Positions 1 through 11,713 of a DNA stretch of 53,574 bases are shown here, in pieces. Position 1 is the first letter of the stretch. Each line of letters begins with the position of its first letter. The translations under genes were made by a program, and so were the position numbers. Source of the DNA: Macrostomum lignano (Eukaryota); the NCBI GenBank assembly GCA_002269645.1, contig NIVC01004240.1:1-53574 (forward strand), written 5' to 3'. The notes beneath the pieces are model-generated. The model did no database searches and was not told the origin of the DNA. It saw nothing but the letters and a program-made list of their open reading frames with translations.

Positions 1-731
1 CCCCTGAATCTGCCTCTCTGCTCCTCCCTCAGTCCCTGAATCTGCCTCTCTGCTCCCTCCTCAGTCCCTGAATCTGCCTCTCTGCTCCTCCCTCAGTCCC
101 TGAATCTGCCTCTCCGCTCCTCCCTCAGTCCCTGAATCTGCCTCTCCGCTCCTCCCTCAGTCCCTGAATCTGCCTCTCCGCTCCTCCCTCAGTCCCTGAA
201 TCTGCCTCTCCGCTCCTCCCTCAGTCCCTGAATCTGCCTCTCCGCTCCTCCTCAGTCCCTGAATCTGCCTCTCCGCTCCTCCCTCAGTCCCTGAATCTGC
301 CTCTTTGCTCCTCCCTCAGTCCCTGAATCTGCCTCTCCGCTCCTCCCTCAGTCCCTGAATCTGCCTCTCCGCTCCCTCAGTCCCTGAAACTGCCTCTCCG
401 CTCCCTCAGTCCCTGAATCTGCCTCTCCGCTCCCTCAGTCCCTGAAACTGCCTCTCCGCTCCCTCAGTCCCTGAATCTGCCTCTCCGCTCCCTCAGTCCC
501 TGAATCTGCCTCTCCGCTCCCTCAGTCCCTGAATCTGCCTCTCCGCTCCCTCAGTCCCTGAATCTGCCTCTCCGCTCCTCCCTGAGTCCCTGAATCTGCC
601 TCTCCGCTCCTCCCTCAGTCCCTGAATCTGCCTCTCCGCTCCTCCCTCAGTCCCTAAATCTGCCTCTCCGCTCCCTCAGTCCCTGAATCTGCCTCTCCGC
701 TCCTCCCTGAGTCCCTGAATCTGCCTCTCCG
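1..731. repeat. Minisatellite, 29-32 bp unit (CCCTGAATCTGCCTCTCCGCTC[CTC]CCTCAGT), more than 20 copies, truncated by the window start
   Basis: Direct tandem repetition. The same family recurs at 37028-37430 and as a single degenerate copy near 50400. Confidence 0.97.
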
Positions 732-1282
732 TCCCCACTACCAGTGTCTCAGAGGTTAATTTCCAGTATTTAGCCAATAAATCAGTTAGCGCAATGTTAG
801 TGAACGGGTTTTAAAAAAGTCAAACACTGACGCAGCGCGTACTTTAGCAAGTAATTAAATATTGGGCACTGCGTTTAAGTTCAAGCATGGCGTGACGAGC
901 TTTTCTCTAGCCTCCGAAGATTAGCAGAAAATACAACCCGGATACTCAAAGCAGAGAATAAAATGGCTTAATTAGCGTAAATGTGTTTAATCAATATAAC
1001 AAAAAATGTCTAGCAATTTTCGCTTCTAAGGTAAACTTAACAATTGGATAATAAATGATACACACTTTGACTACAGGACATGCCAACAACATTATATTAC
1101 GTGTCAATCTACCACAACACATACTACCCTACCCCAACACATTTCACATTTATCACAAAGTCCGCATACTTACGAGTATCTACCGACAACAAAGCATACC
1201 TAATACAACACATATCTATCACAACCAAATCTACCTACAGCACATACCTATCTACCTACCACAACTATCTACCTAACACATC

Positions 1283-1465
1283 TATCTACCTTACCACATC
1301 TATCTACCTTACCACATCTACTACACCATCTACTACCTTACCACATCTATCTACCTTACCACATCTATCTACCTTACCACATCTATCTACCTTACCACAT
1401 CTATCTACCTTACCACATCTATCTACTACCACATCTATCTACCTTACCACATCTATCTACCTACC
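1283..1465. repeat. 18-bp minisatellite (CCTTACCACATCTATCTA)n
   Basis: Direct tandem repetition. It explains the LPHLST repeats in ORF 1080-1493. Confidence 0.9.
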
Positions 1466-1528
1466 ACAACAAGCCTTTATAATCATGGAATAGAAACAAA
1501 TCAATATACACCAGTACATTCAACTCAC

Positions 1529-2019
1529 CAGCGGATCACTTGTCGATCCCATGCCAGCCTCTTCGTCATCTGCGCCAGACAAGCCAGGTGTAGAATGAGT
1601 TTTATTCGATCGAAAGGCCACCAGCCAGACAAGCACCCATACGATGCCGCCAAAGCCGAACAAATAGAATGGCGAGCTCCAATCTAGATGGGGACAGATT
1701 AACGTAGACAGAGTCTGTCCAGCTGATCCCAAAGCTACTAAATAGCCAAAAGCTGTCGACCTCTGTTCAGCCGGTACTCGCAAAGCCAGCAGATGGAATA
1801 TCGCCGGCAGGCCTAAGCCTTCGCCCAAGCCTAGAGCTAAACGACAAGCGACTAGAGCGGAGAACGAGGAACTGGCGCAAGACGGAGTGAGCAGCGTGGA
1901 CACGGACCATAGGGCTACGGCGAGGGTTAGGACCAGTTTGCCGCCGTAGCGTCTGGCAGCGCTGCCGGCTACCAAGGTTGAAGCGATGTAGCCAACAGGG
2001 AATGCAGATAGGATGGTGC
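1529..2019 (-). CDS. SLC17A9: SLC17A9-like (VNUT / SLC17 anion:cation symporter, MFS) internal coding exon: (G)TILSAFPVGYIASTLVAGSAARRYGGKLVL...CRLALGLGEGLGLPA...WSSPFYLFG...DPL
   Basis: MFS/SLC17 motifs (GGK after TM2, RxxxGLGEG, WxxPFYxFG). The reading frame extends upstream of the listed ORF to an acceptor cgcccAG at 2021-2020, with a TAA just upstream. Perfect donor CTG|GTGAGT at 1529/1528. Downstream exons lie outside the window. Confidence 0.85.
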
Positions 2020-2059
2020 CTGGGCGGGGTTACGCGGGGTTGGCAGCAGTAGTAGGAGT

Positions 2060-2960
2060 AGAAATACACGGATACAGCTTACGTGAGTAGAACACAGAGC
2101 AACTCTCGGATAAAACACACTGATGGAACACACTGGGATAGAACACATTGGTATAGAATACGCATATAACACACAGATATAACACACGGGCATAGAACAC
2201 ACATGGATAGATAGAAGACACGGGGATAGAACACACAGGGATAGAAGACGCGGGGATAAAACACGGGGATAGAAGACACTGGGATAGAACACACGGGGAT
2301 AGAACACACTGGGATAGAACACACTGGGGTAGAACACACGCGGGATAGAACACACTGGGGTAGAACACACGGGAATAGAACACACTGGGTAGAACACACG
2401 GGGATAGAACACACTGGGATAGAACACACTGGGGTAGAACACACTGGGATAGAACACACTGGGGTAGAACACACTGGGATAGAACACACTGGGATAGAAC
2501 ACACTGGGATAGAACACACTGGGATAGAACACACGGGGATAGAAGACACTGGGATAAAACACACGGGGATGGAACACACTGGGATAGAACACACTGGGAT
2601 AGAACACACTGGGATAGAACACACTGGGGTAGAACACACTGGGATAGAACACACTGGGATAGAACACACGGGATAGAAGACACTGGGATAGAACACACTG
2701 GGATAGAACACACTGGGATAGAACACACTGGGATAGAACACACTGGGATAGAAGACACTGGGATAGAACACACTGGGATATAACACACGGGGATAGAACA
2801 CACTGGGATAGAACACACTGGGATAGAACACACTGGGATAGAACACACTGGGATAGAACACACTGGGATAGAACACACTGGGATAGAACACACTGGGATA
2901 GAACACACTGGGATAGAACATACGGGGGTAGAACACACTGGGATGCTACACAGGGATAAA
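2060..2960. repeat. 15-bp intronic minisatellite (CTGGGATAGAACACA)n, about 50 copies
   Basis: Direct tandem repetition. It produces the CSIPV/VLSQC/FYPSV pseudo-ORFs on the minus strand. Confidence 0.97.
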
Positions 2961-3067
2961 AAAGAATCGGTATAAAACACACAGGAAACGGCATACAAAC
3001 CGAATTTCTAACATTTCAAAGGACTATTATAAACTTAGCAAAGTGCACAGAAATTCAGAATAATAAC

Positions 3068-3226
3068 CTGATCATGCAGAGTCCAGCCAAACTCCTGAGC
3101 CATAGGGATAATTGTGATTGGCATAATAACTCGATCAGCTGAGTTAATAAAATTAGCCAACGAGCATAGTGCCACTGTGGTTCGGGTTGAGGCTGACCAA
3201 ACTGACAAACCAGAGTGTTCCCACAC
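3068..3226 (-). CDS. SLC17A9: SLC17A9-like upstream coding exon: VWEHSGLSVWSASTRTTVALCSLANFINSADRVIMPITIIPMAQEFGWTLHDQ
   Basis: TM1 motif N.IN.ADRV.MPI.I..M.QEFGW is typical of SLC17. Acceptor ttcAG at 3228-3227; donor CAG|GTTATT at 3068/3067. No start codon in this exon, so an upstream exon is missing or not located. Confidence 0.85.
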
Positions 3227-3229
3227 CTG

Positions 3230-6200
3230 AACTATACATTTTATTGGTAGTAGCTTTGAAATTAAATTATGACGATTTTAAAGTTCCTTTTTGGATTTAT
3301 GTTTTTAGTTGCAAGTATCCTTGATTATTGAATCACTTTTAATCAAATGAATAAGGGTTGCAATCTGTAATAAGTCAGTCAATTTTTAACATATATACTC
3401 AATTATTCTCAATATTTAGAATATGGAAAATTATTGTATAAAATATATACTTTTGAATTGCATTTTTTGCTTTTTATAAATTTGGGCTCTATTTTACCCC
3501 TTCCCCTCTAGACATGCAGAAGGATTATTACTTGAAAACATTGAATGCAATTTTCCCTAGTTTGTCCTCTACTAAATCTATAAGTTTGTATCCTATCTGG
3601 TTTTTTTCTGTCTCATGTCTTCTTTAAATACTATATAATAATATGTGCTTATGCTAACCCATATGGTTATACTTTTATATCTATAACCAGCATTGCACAA
3701 TCAAAGTTTTTTGTGATAGGGATACTAAAGTATCCTGACTTTTTAATTGCATATTGAAATTGGACCTTAGATATGATATTTTATCTTTTTTGGCAATCTA
3801 TGTTTTTTATAAAAGGGAAAATTCACCCTAGGTTCAAAAATCACATTTTAAAACTAGACCTTAGACATAATTTTGTATCTTAGCTCTAGCAAAAAACAGA
3901 GTACTCAATAACATATTTTTTCTCTAGATGCTTTAGCTATAGTGGACAAACATTTTATTTTACCTTTAAATAATATACATTTTACTAGAAAGCAGCAATG
4001 TCCTATAATTATTGAATGAAATACTTAAAAGATGTCTAGCACTTCACCTAGCCTAAGCCGATCAAGACTGTTGGTTTGCTTATTTTGCTAGAAACTTTCT
4101 ATATTCCTTTATAAAATTGATATTTAAATCTGACCCTTTGATACTATATATCTTTCTGGTTGCTACTATTAAAGAAAAATCATAGACCAAGTTGTCTAAA
4201 ACTTATTCAAGCAAGACTTAAGAACTTTAGGCCTTTTATGCATTGGCACTAATACCAATGCCAATATATCAGTGTGAAATTTGTTTCTTACTGGGAATTA
4301 TCAAACTAAACATTGGCCTTATTGAGGTATCATTTTCTATTTTATGCTTGCATTTTTGTCATTTTGCTAACAATGCTGACAATGACAATATATGTTGACT
4401 ATTTAAGTTAGAATCCAACAGCTTTGTCAAAAGTTTCTTAACATTAAAAGGAACCAAAAGTTGTCATATTATGACTTGCTACAATGGTTAAGCTTCCAAA
4501 ATACAAGGAGTTTCAGAGTGGCAATGCAAAAATTGATTAGCTGGCCAAATGGTTGGTGCATATCAAAATCAGGTTATGTGATCATAGTGAGGTACTAATA
4601 TAGTATCTCAGTATTTATATAATTTTTATGCTAAAGGTTAAAATGGTATTTAAAAAATATTTGGTTTTATAGATATAATCTTGCAAGGTTCAAGGCACTT
4701 CATTAGTGCTATTTTTATGTTTGCCTAATAAGAAATTTGTCCTTTATGAGACATCTGATTCTATTGGGCTTGTTAATAAGTCTGGACTTCACAATATAAG
4801 CTAATTTTCTAGGCCGTAATTGTCAACTCTGTTTATATTGCTCACATTGACTCAAGTTTTGCTCAAAAATCTGTCAATGCTTTTCTTGATTTGATTTTTT
4901 GCATTAGAAGTTATAGTTAAAAATGAATAACTCTGCTATCTAATGCAATTAGTTTTTTCTTAACCTTTTATATCTATAATTGCAAAGTGAAAACCTATTC
5001 TCTAGTTATAGCTTTGCTCATGGTATCTTCAACACCCATTCAGAGGCATTTTGCACCTTACATTGAAAGAAGATTGGCAACTTTTTAGTGTACAAATTAT
5101 ATAAATTGCCTTAAAACTTAAACACTTTTTGGGTCAACTATAGCAATTAGCAAATTGACAATTTTTCAATTTCTACTAGTGGCTCATATAGACTGGAATA
5201 TAAAAAGTTACTTCAATCATTGGCTTTACTGGCTTGCTATAATCAGGGCTAACCATGCCCCAAAGCTACTCAATTTGAGTAAACTCTCAGCTATATGGAA
5301 GTGTTGCAAATAGATTTGCTTTTTTACCAAGGAGATGCTACTGATAGATGGTCTAGCTAAGGCTGAGGTTAAAGCTAAGACCAAAGTTAGAGTGGAGACC
5401 AAGTTTAAGGCTCCAACATCTGTAGGCAAAGACAGAAGGCTATTTTAGAGCACTGTGCCAACATTGGCATCTACTGGCTAAGGCATTTTATTAAGCAATA
5501 AGCACTGTAATAGCTTTGAAAAATTGTTGGAAACATTGACAAGCTCTGGAGCATCTCTAGAGCTTCAATGATAGCACAGTTATATACTTAGGCACACACT
5601 TATACATGGGTCTATATCTGTTCTAACTTTTTATCATCAGGTATTTAGAAGTTGACCTTGAAGAATACAAATTGCATATCAAGCCCCTAGTATCCATAGC
5701 TATACCCAAAATTAATGTGGTCTTGCCAGAGTATAAACTCAAGGCAACAGCATGAGTCAAATGCATTTTTACTATGCTACTTATCCCACCCCCTTTATAC
5801 TAAGTAGTCAGTTAGGTGAAGTAATTGTATTTTTAATTAAAGTTTTTAACTTAACTAGAAATTTATAAAGTTTGAAAGCCTCAAAAATCCTAGAACAAAA
5901 TCCCATGCCAAACCCATACAAAACATTAATTGGGACTCCAAATTCCTATAGTTTGTATTACAAGCTACTTTATTGAGATTAATATTGTACGCTTGTTAAC
6001 TTTTTAATTATTTTTTTTGCATTTTTACTTCAATATAATATAAAAAAGAATCTTCTGTGTCATTTCAGTCTTTATATGTTTGACTAATATAGATTTTTTC
6101 AAACCATAAAAAATCCCTGTTAAATGTTTTTATTGATGAGGCCATATATCTTTAGCAATATAGGGCCCTAAACTTCAATTGTCTAAAAGTATGTATGTTT

Positions 6201-8700
6201 TTTTATTAGTAGAGCAATTAGCATGTTTTTTACTACAATATTGTAGGTATTAAGCAATTTATTTATTAGCATCTAGTGCTTATTTCTTGCATTAGCTTGT
6301 TGGTGAGATTGTTTATTAGTGATAATTGACTATTTGATAGATTTGATATATATAATTCCAAAAGTAGGCCTATAAACTAATACTAATAACAAAAATTCAA
6401 AACTTAACAAGCTCTACTGTTAAGCAATGGGTCAAAATTAAAACATCTTATAGTCTATATCCAGCAACTTTTTGTTGCATTTGATGAAGATAGACTGTTC
6501 TCTTTAGTATATGAGTTTTGGAAGCAGATTGCTAATGATCTATGTCTAGTGTCTACTATTAGATAGTTGAAACTATCCTAAAGACTACAATTCAATCATT
6601 GGAAAATTAATTTATGGGGCATTGCCTTCTATAACTAATTGATAAAAAGTTTTTTTCCATTATACAACAAGCACTAGGTTGGCATTGAAAGGATAAGGTT
6701 TAAAAAAATATGACTTCTAGAAGGTTGGCATATAATTAATAGAGGATTTAAGACAAGAAATAGAAAGTCTAAAATGTTAGAAGTATAATAAAAAGAAAGT
6801 ATACCTTTGTGAAGAGATGACTACTAATTATGTAATCAAAGGTTAGAGTCATTTCTAGCTCCCTTATCAAAGTATGGCAAATCAATTAAACATACAAGGT
6901 AAATCTCAGCATATTCAAAGATTTTAGCCTAGTTTATAGACTTTGAGCAGAGCTACTATTCCTTTTATATGGTTACTATAAAACTTTCCAATGGTGGTAT
7001 AGCCAAGCCTATTTGGCAGTGCATTAACTTTTCTAGCTTCATAGAGGCAGGTTAGATAGAGTTTTGTTCATCTTTTAATTATGTCGTTTCATTCTCACTT
7101 ATTTTAGAGATGGCTAAGTAAGACAAATTATTTTTGGAACTGATACTTTAAAACCATAGTTATATACATAGGCCCCTAAAAAGTATAAGAATATTATTAA
7201 ATGCCTATTTTGGGGTAACCTTGCTCTATATAGTATATAGTGCCTTGTATGTTATATTTTATAACCTAAGTCCAAAATGCCTGTTAAGAACCAAATTATT
7301 AATTCCTTAAAAATGTAAAAAGAATTTACTTCTCTATATACAATAAAGAATATACTTTTATGACTGCTATACTCTAGATAAGGCTGCTTTTATCAAAAAA
7401 AATTGCAAACATGCCCCTAGTCTTTGAAAAAGATACAATAGTTAAGCTATATACATTATTGATATTGCATTGAATACTAGTGTGTAGAAGATAACCAGTC
7501 ATTTTGCCTATAAACGGTTTTGGCCATGGACATTTTGCCCCCAGACCATTTCGCCCACAGACCGTTTTGGCCATGGACTGTTTTGCCTCTAATTTGTACT
7601 AGGGTTGAAATGAACAAAGTATGCGAGATGATACAAAAGTGCCAAGAGCACTGCTGACAACCATTTTTACTTTATACTTTATCACGGTTTTATGCTTTGT
7701 GCTTTAATTGACTGAGAAATCCTTTCTCACCTTCTAATTGTACAAATTGGTTTAAATAATTACTGCACTTTTGAAAAGGAATGACTTAAAAAAAACATGT
7801 GTTGTATTGTAATAAACAAAATTGCAATTACGCAATAACACAATTGTTGTGGCAACAATTCAGATAATATTTTATTACAAATTAAAACTAAAAATTAGCA
7901 TTGAAAAATAAAGATACATGTATGACTGTATCTCTAAAATACATAATCACCATTTTGGCCGTAATGACCATTGCCAAACTAGTTTATGGGCAAAATGGAC
8001 TATGGGCAAAATGGACTATGGGCAAAATGTACATGGCCAAAATGGTTTGGGGGCGAAACAACTGGAATTCGTGTAGAGAGGAAATTTCCAAAAGTTTATA
8101 TAGTATAATACATAGCCAATGTATTATGGGAAGGCAAAAAGATGAATCTTTGCAGTTGTACACAAAGATTAAAATTGATACCTCCCACCTACGCCTATTA
8201 GCTTTCTGATTGAATAAAAAGTCTACAAAATTAAATTTAAGTCTACTCCCCTTCTATCCTCTCTCTCTAATCCCCTTTCTATCCTATTTTACTCCCTCTT
8301 TCCTCCCTTGGTATTTGAAGGTTGCAGCATATCTACTTGTATCCAATCCTTGTAGGCCTAATAGATTGAAATAATGAGTTATAAGCATAGTTTAGTACCA
8401 AAAAATGTGTTAAACCATGGTTATGCTTTATGCCATCTTGTATAATGCCAATTGTAACATCTGACTATGACTATAGCATTTACAGTGATTGACATTTTGT
8501 CAACTAGCATTTTGTCAACCAGACATTATGGCAATAGGCAACTCAGAAAATTGTAGCTGATTATTAGGCCTATAGCTACACCAGCCAGAGAATGTGAGAA
8601 GTGGTAGGTCTAATGCAATGTGAAATTTGTTTAAAAGTAAAACATATATACTTCTTAAAAGTAAATTTTTGTAAAGACATTCAATCCTCAATGGTAGCCA
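3230..8700. mobile_element. Old AT-rich, strongly CpG-depleted block, probably a decayed transposon (unclassified), interrupted by a younger MITE at 7490-8070
   Basis: About 5 CpG in 3240-7489 by manual count, while neighbouring AT-rich DNA (8750-13700) has many. Only short, stop-broken ORFs. No diagnostic motif recognised. Confidence 0.4.
7490..8070. mobile_element. Non-autonomous DNA transposon (MITE-like, 581 bp) with inverted subterminal repeat arrays
   Basis: Left end GATAACCAGTCATTTTGCC...TTTTGGCCATGGACATTTTGCCC mirrors the reverse complement of the right end GGGCAAAATGTACATGGCCAAAA...CAACTGGAATTC. Flanks GTGTAGAA (7482-7489) and GTGTAGAG (8071-8078) form an 8-bp TSD with 1 mismatch. 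Confidence 0.6.
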
Positions 8701-8911
8701 CACTCCGGATCATGTAGTATACGCCCGAAAATTCGGGCGTACATTGGCCTTGCACGCCAAAAGTAGGCATGCACAGTTGGCGTGTATCACTCCTGATAAA
8801 ATATACCTGGCGTGCACGTTATAGAATCATGCAGAAGAGTTACTGTGAAGTAGAAAAAAGGTGAAAAAAAGAGTGCTCACATTTATAAGCGTAAATTTCC
8901 CACTCTTTCTA

Positions 8912-9290
8912 GGGTCTCCCTAAAACACGCACCGCACCGCCCCGACCGCTACACATTATAACATTTTTTGTCAATGCAGTATTTTGATTGCAAAGAAAAC
9001 TATTTGTTGTAAGAGTAACAGAATAACTAAATTTAATTATTACCTTAAATATTATTATTATTTTTCATATTCACGTTTGCATTATTAAATTATATTATTA
9101 TTATTTTATTAATATTATTATTAATATAACTTATTATACACCGAATTTAATATTTCAAAGTAAAAAAACTAAATTTAATAAAAGCTTGAAGCTTAACATA
9201 AAACATATTTTGAACTGTCTTCAGCTATAGTCCAATTTGTTTTAACGTGTAGCGCTGTGGGGCGGGGCGGTGCGTGTTTTAGGGAGACCC
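8912..9290. mobile_element. MITE (379 bp), Mutator/MULE-like by its 9-bp TSD
   Basis: About 46-bp TIRs GGGTCTCCCTAAAACACGCACCGC...CGCTACAC / GTGTAGCG...GCGGTGCGTGTTTTAGGGAGACCC. Perfect 9-bp TSD CTCTTTCTA at 8903-8911 and 9291-9299. AT-rich non-coding interior. Confidence 0.88.
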
Positions 9291-10963
9291 CTCTTTCTAG
9301 GTTTTAAAGCTTGTAATTAAGCATTTAAACAAATCTATCGATGTATCAATTTTCAACTGTAAATAGTATTGCCAAGAAAGCAGAAAAAATACCCAAATAA
9401 TTTTTCAAAAAGATTCTATAAGGCAATAAAGAAGGAAGGTCACTTGTTGTCACAACGTAAAAAAGGTCATTTATTGTCGCAACACTGGCGGAGTTTTAAG
9501 AATTAAAAGATTTAATTTAGGATTTAAGAACTGAAGCCCCTTTTAAGATTAACTCAAGTTGAAATCGACCAACCAGTTACTGTATTGTACTCCGTGAATG
9601 TGTATATGTTGCACGTAAATGAAATAACCTTTGCAGTCGGCACCCGAAGAAATACCATAAACTTTCGTAGAAAGTTTAATTAATGTGTGCTATGTAATAG
9701 CTCAGAATGGATCATACGATCGAGTACCAATCTGAAGCTGTGGAATCGTAGACCTACATAAAATGTACATTACTCATTCAATTTACAATTATTGTCTGAT
9801 CCACGCGTTCCCATTGTCCTTCGAGTTGCAGATGCGTGTGAGTATATACATTAGGACCTAAATTTAATTTTACTGACGTTCAGTTAGCCATGAGTACTTA
9901 TGAGTACTATGAGTCCCAATTTGTAGCACTTTTGTCAATGGGCTATTGATTCAATCAATGCATTAATCGTAATTACAATGTGAGTGTACATTCAATGACA
10001 ACTCGACAAGTAAGGACCGCGTATCATTTCTGTTACACATTTTGTTACACAGTCAGCTAAGAATGATAAAACTACATTCATAACGCCAATGAGCTGAGCC
10101 GTGTCATTTTAATATATGGTTTTTAGGCACAGGAGCTATGCAACTGTACGTAGAATAAAAAATTGACATAAAATTCTAATTTTCTGAACAAAAAGCTTTG
10201 TAAATATCAATAGATCGCTATAACATAGGCAAAACCTATCAAAAGATGAGCATTGGGTCTGCCTCCTATCGAAAGTAATAAGAACTTTAATATGAAAAAC
10301 ATGAAAAGTTAATTCCTATCTCCGTAGTGTGTATTTTTCGTTGAAAAAGATCGAGCCTCCTTACATTTTCTAAGAAATGTAGTTTCCCGTCCTTCGACTC
10401 AAGTACATTATGCACACATTACGGACAACTACTGTGTTGTACCTACAAAGCTCTCTAGGCTAGACTTTTACGTGCATCGGTGCGAAACGAATTATAATCT
10501 CTTGTAAAACAAAAATCTGTTCAAAATATAATATGTGCGACATTTGCATGGAAATGAACATCTTTTAGCCCTTTTAACGCATTTTAATCAGTTTAGCTAA
10601 GCAGTATAATTATAAAGTGACCAATTTTTGCAAGAGCTTCCGGTCCAACCACATCTTTGGCTAATAGTAGAGTCAATTACAGTTGCCATAGCTAACACTG
10701 CTTCTTCACTTGGCAACTATGGCTCGTGCGCTCGTGTGTGTATACAGAGATTTTCATCATTTAACGCAGCTAAGCCATGTTTAGCGCTCTCTGTGTTTAC
10801 AACAAATGCGCTTCAACCTGCAGTTGGATGCAGCCAAATGCGCATAGAAAAGCAATTATCCGTCAATTCATTCCACATGCCTCAACTACACAGGGGTTGT
10901 AGCCAGCCTTCAAGGTAACTGCGTCGCCTAAAACTCTCACCCAAAGACATTGTGACCGACTGC

Positions 10964-11713
10964 ATGCCGATCATGAGTTCAGCAACGGACAACCCGGGTT
11001 CAGCTGTAGCAAACTCAACTGGCTCAACCTATAGCCTAAACGCCAGTAATTTAGTTGTGTCCGGCTTTGCCAGCTTGCTAATCCTGTTATTGACCATGTT
11101 TGCATTGGGTCTTATGTACATCTGCGCTAAGCTTCGCAGACAAGGCTCGGCCGATTCAGACATTGGCGACACCGGCTGGGTGCACAACAGTTTCCAGAGG
11201 CAAAGTATGTCGGCCGCCGCCGCCACGGCGTCCATGTACAGGCAAGGCGGCGCTCTCAGCTGGGACAGCTGCCACGACAACGAAGAACAACGCCGGCTGG
11301 ATTTGAGCCACGCCGTATTGGAGTTGGACCGTAGGCCAACATTTTTTAGCGTCGGGTCGGCTGCTGGGACAACCCCAACTGCGACTAGCTCGGTGGCTGC
11401 TTCGGGTGCTGCTGTAGTTCCAACAAATGCGATTCGGAACTCGGAGTTCCAGCAGCCTCGTAGACCCAGCATGGCTTTTGGTCCGGCGGCGATTGGCAAC
11501 CTGGTGCCCGCCGGTCTGCCCAACCTGCAACCAGCTGGCATGCCGGAGGACCAGCAGCCTTATGACCAGCTGCAACTGAACCGACTGGCTCTATCGGGGC
11601 CGTTTGTTAACGAGCACGCCGTATCGTGCGATTCCCTGGCCGAGGATGACCTGCCACCACCAAACAGCGAGTTCCAGAGCGACGAATATCTGGATGTGCA
11701 CCTGAAAAAATAA
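10964..11713 (+). CDS. Intronless orphan single-pass membrane protein (about 249 aa from ATG 10964; alternative ATG 10973)
   Basis: Non-repetitive 750-nt ORF that is GC-richer than its flanks. One hydrophobic segment (LVVSGFASLLILLLTMFALGLMYIC) followed by AKLRR. N-terminal NST/NAS sequons and an acidic cytoplasmic tail. AATAAA overlaps the stop. No family recognised. Confidence 0.7.
   Translation: MPIMSSATDNPGSAVANSTGSTYSLNASNLVVSGFASLLILLLTMFALGLMYICAKLRRQGSADSDIGDTGWVHNSFQRQSMSAAAATASMYRQGGALSWDSCHDNEEQRRLDLSHAVLELDRRPTFFSVGSAAGTTPTATSSVAASGAAVVPTNAIRNSEFQQPRRPSMAFGPAAIGNLVPAGLPNLQPAGMPEDQQPYDQLQLNRLALSGPFVNEHAVSCDSLAEDDLPPPNSEFQSDEYLDVHLKK

Noticed and set aside
1969-2998. Three long Cys-rich ORFs (CSIPV/VLSQC/FYPSV repeats)
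   Set aside because: They are translations of a stop-free 15-bp intronic minisatellite, with no independent coding evidence.
8720-8741. Perfect 10-bp hairpin TACGCCCGAA-AA-TTCGGGCGTA near the edge of the CpG-poor block, as a Helitron 3' end
   Set aside because: No CTRR terminus follows on either strand. It is isolated and unexplained.
10628-10918. 96-aa plus-strand ORF and donor-like AAG|GTAACT at 10915 upstream of the orphan gene
   Set aside because: TTG start and no coding features. It may be 5' UTR; the nearest acceptor would give an implausibly short intron of about 32 nt.
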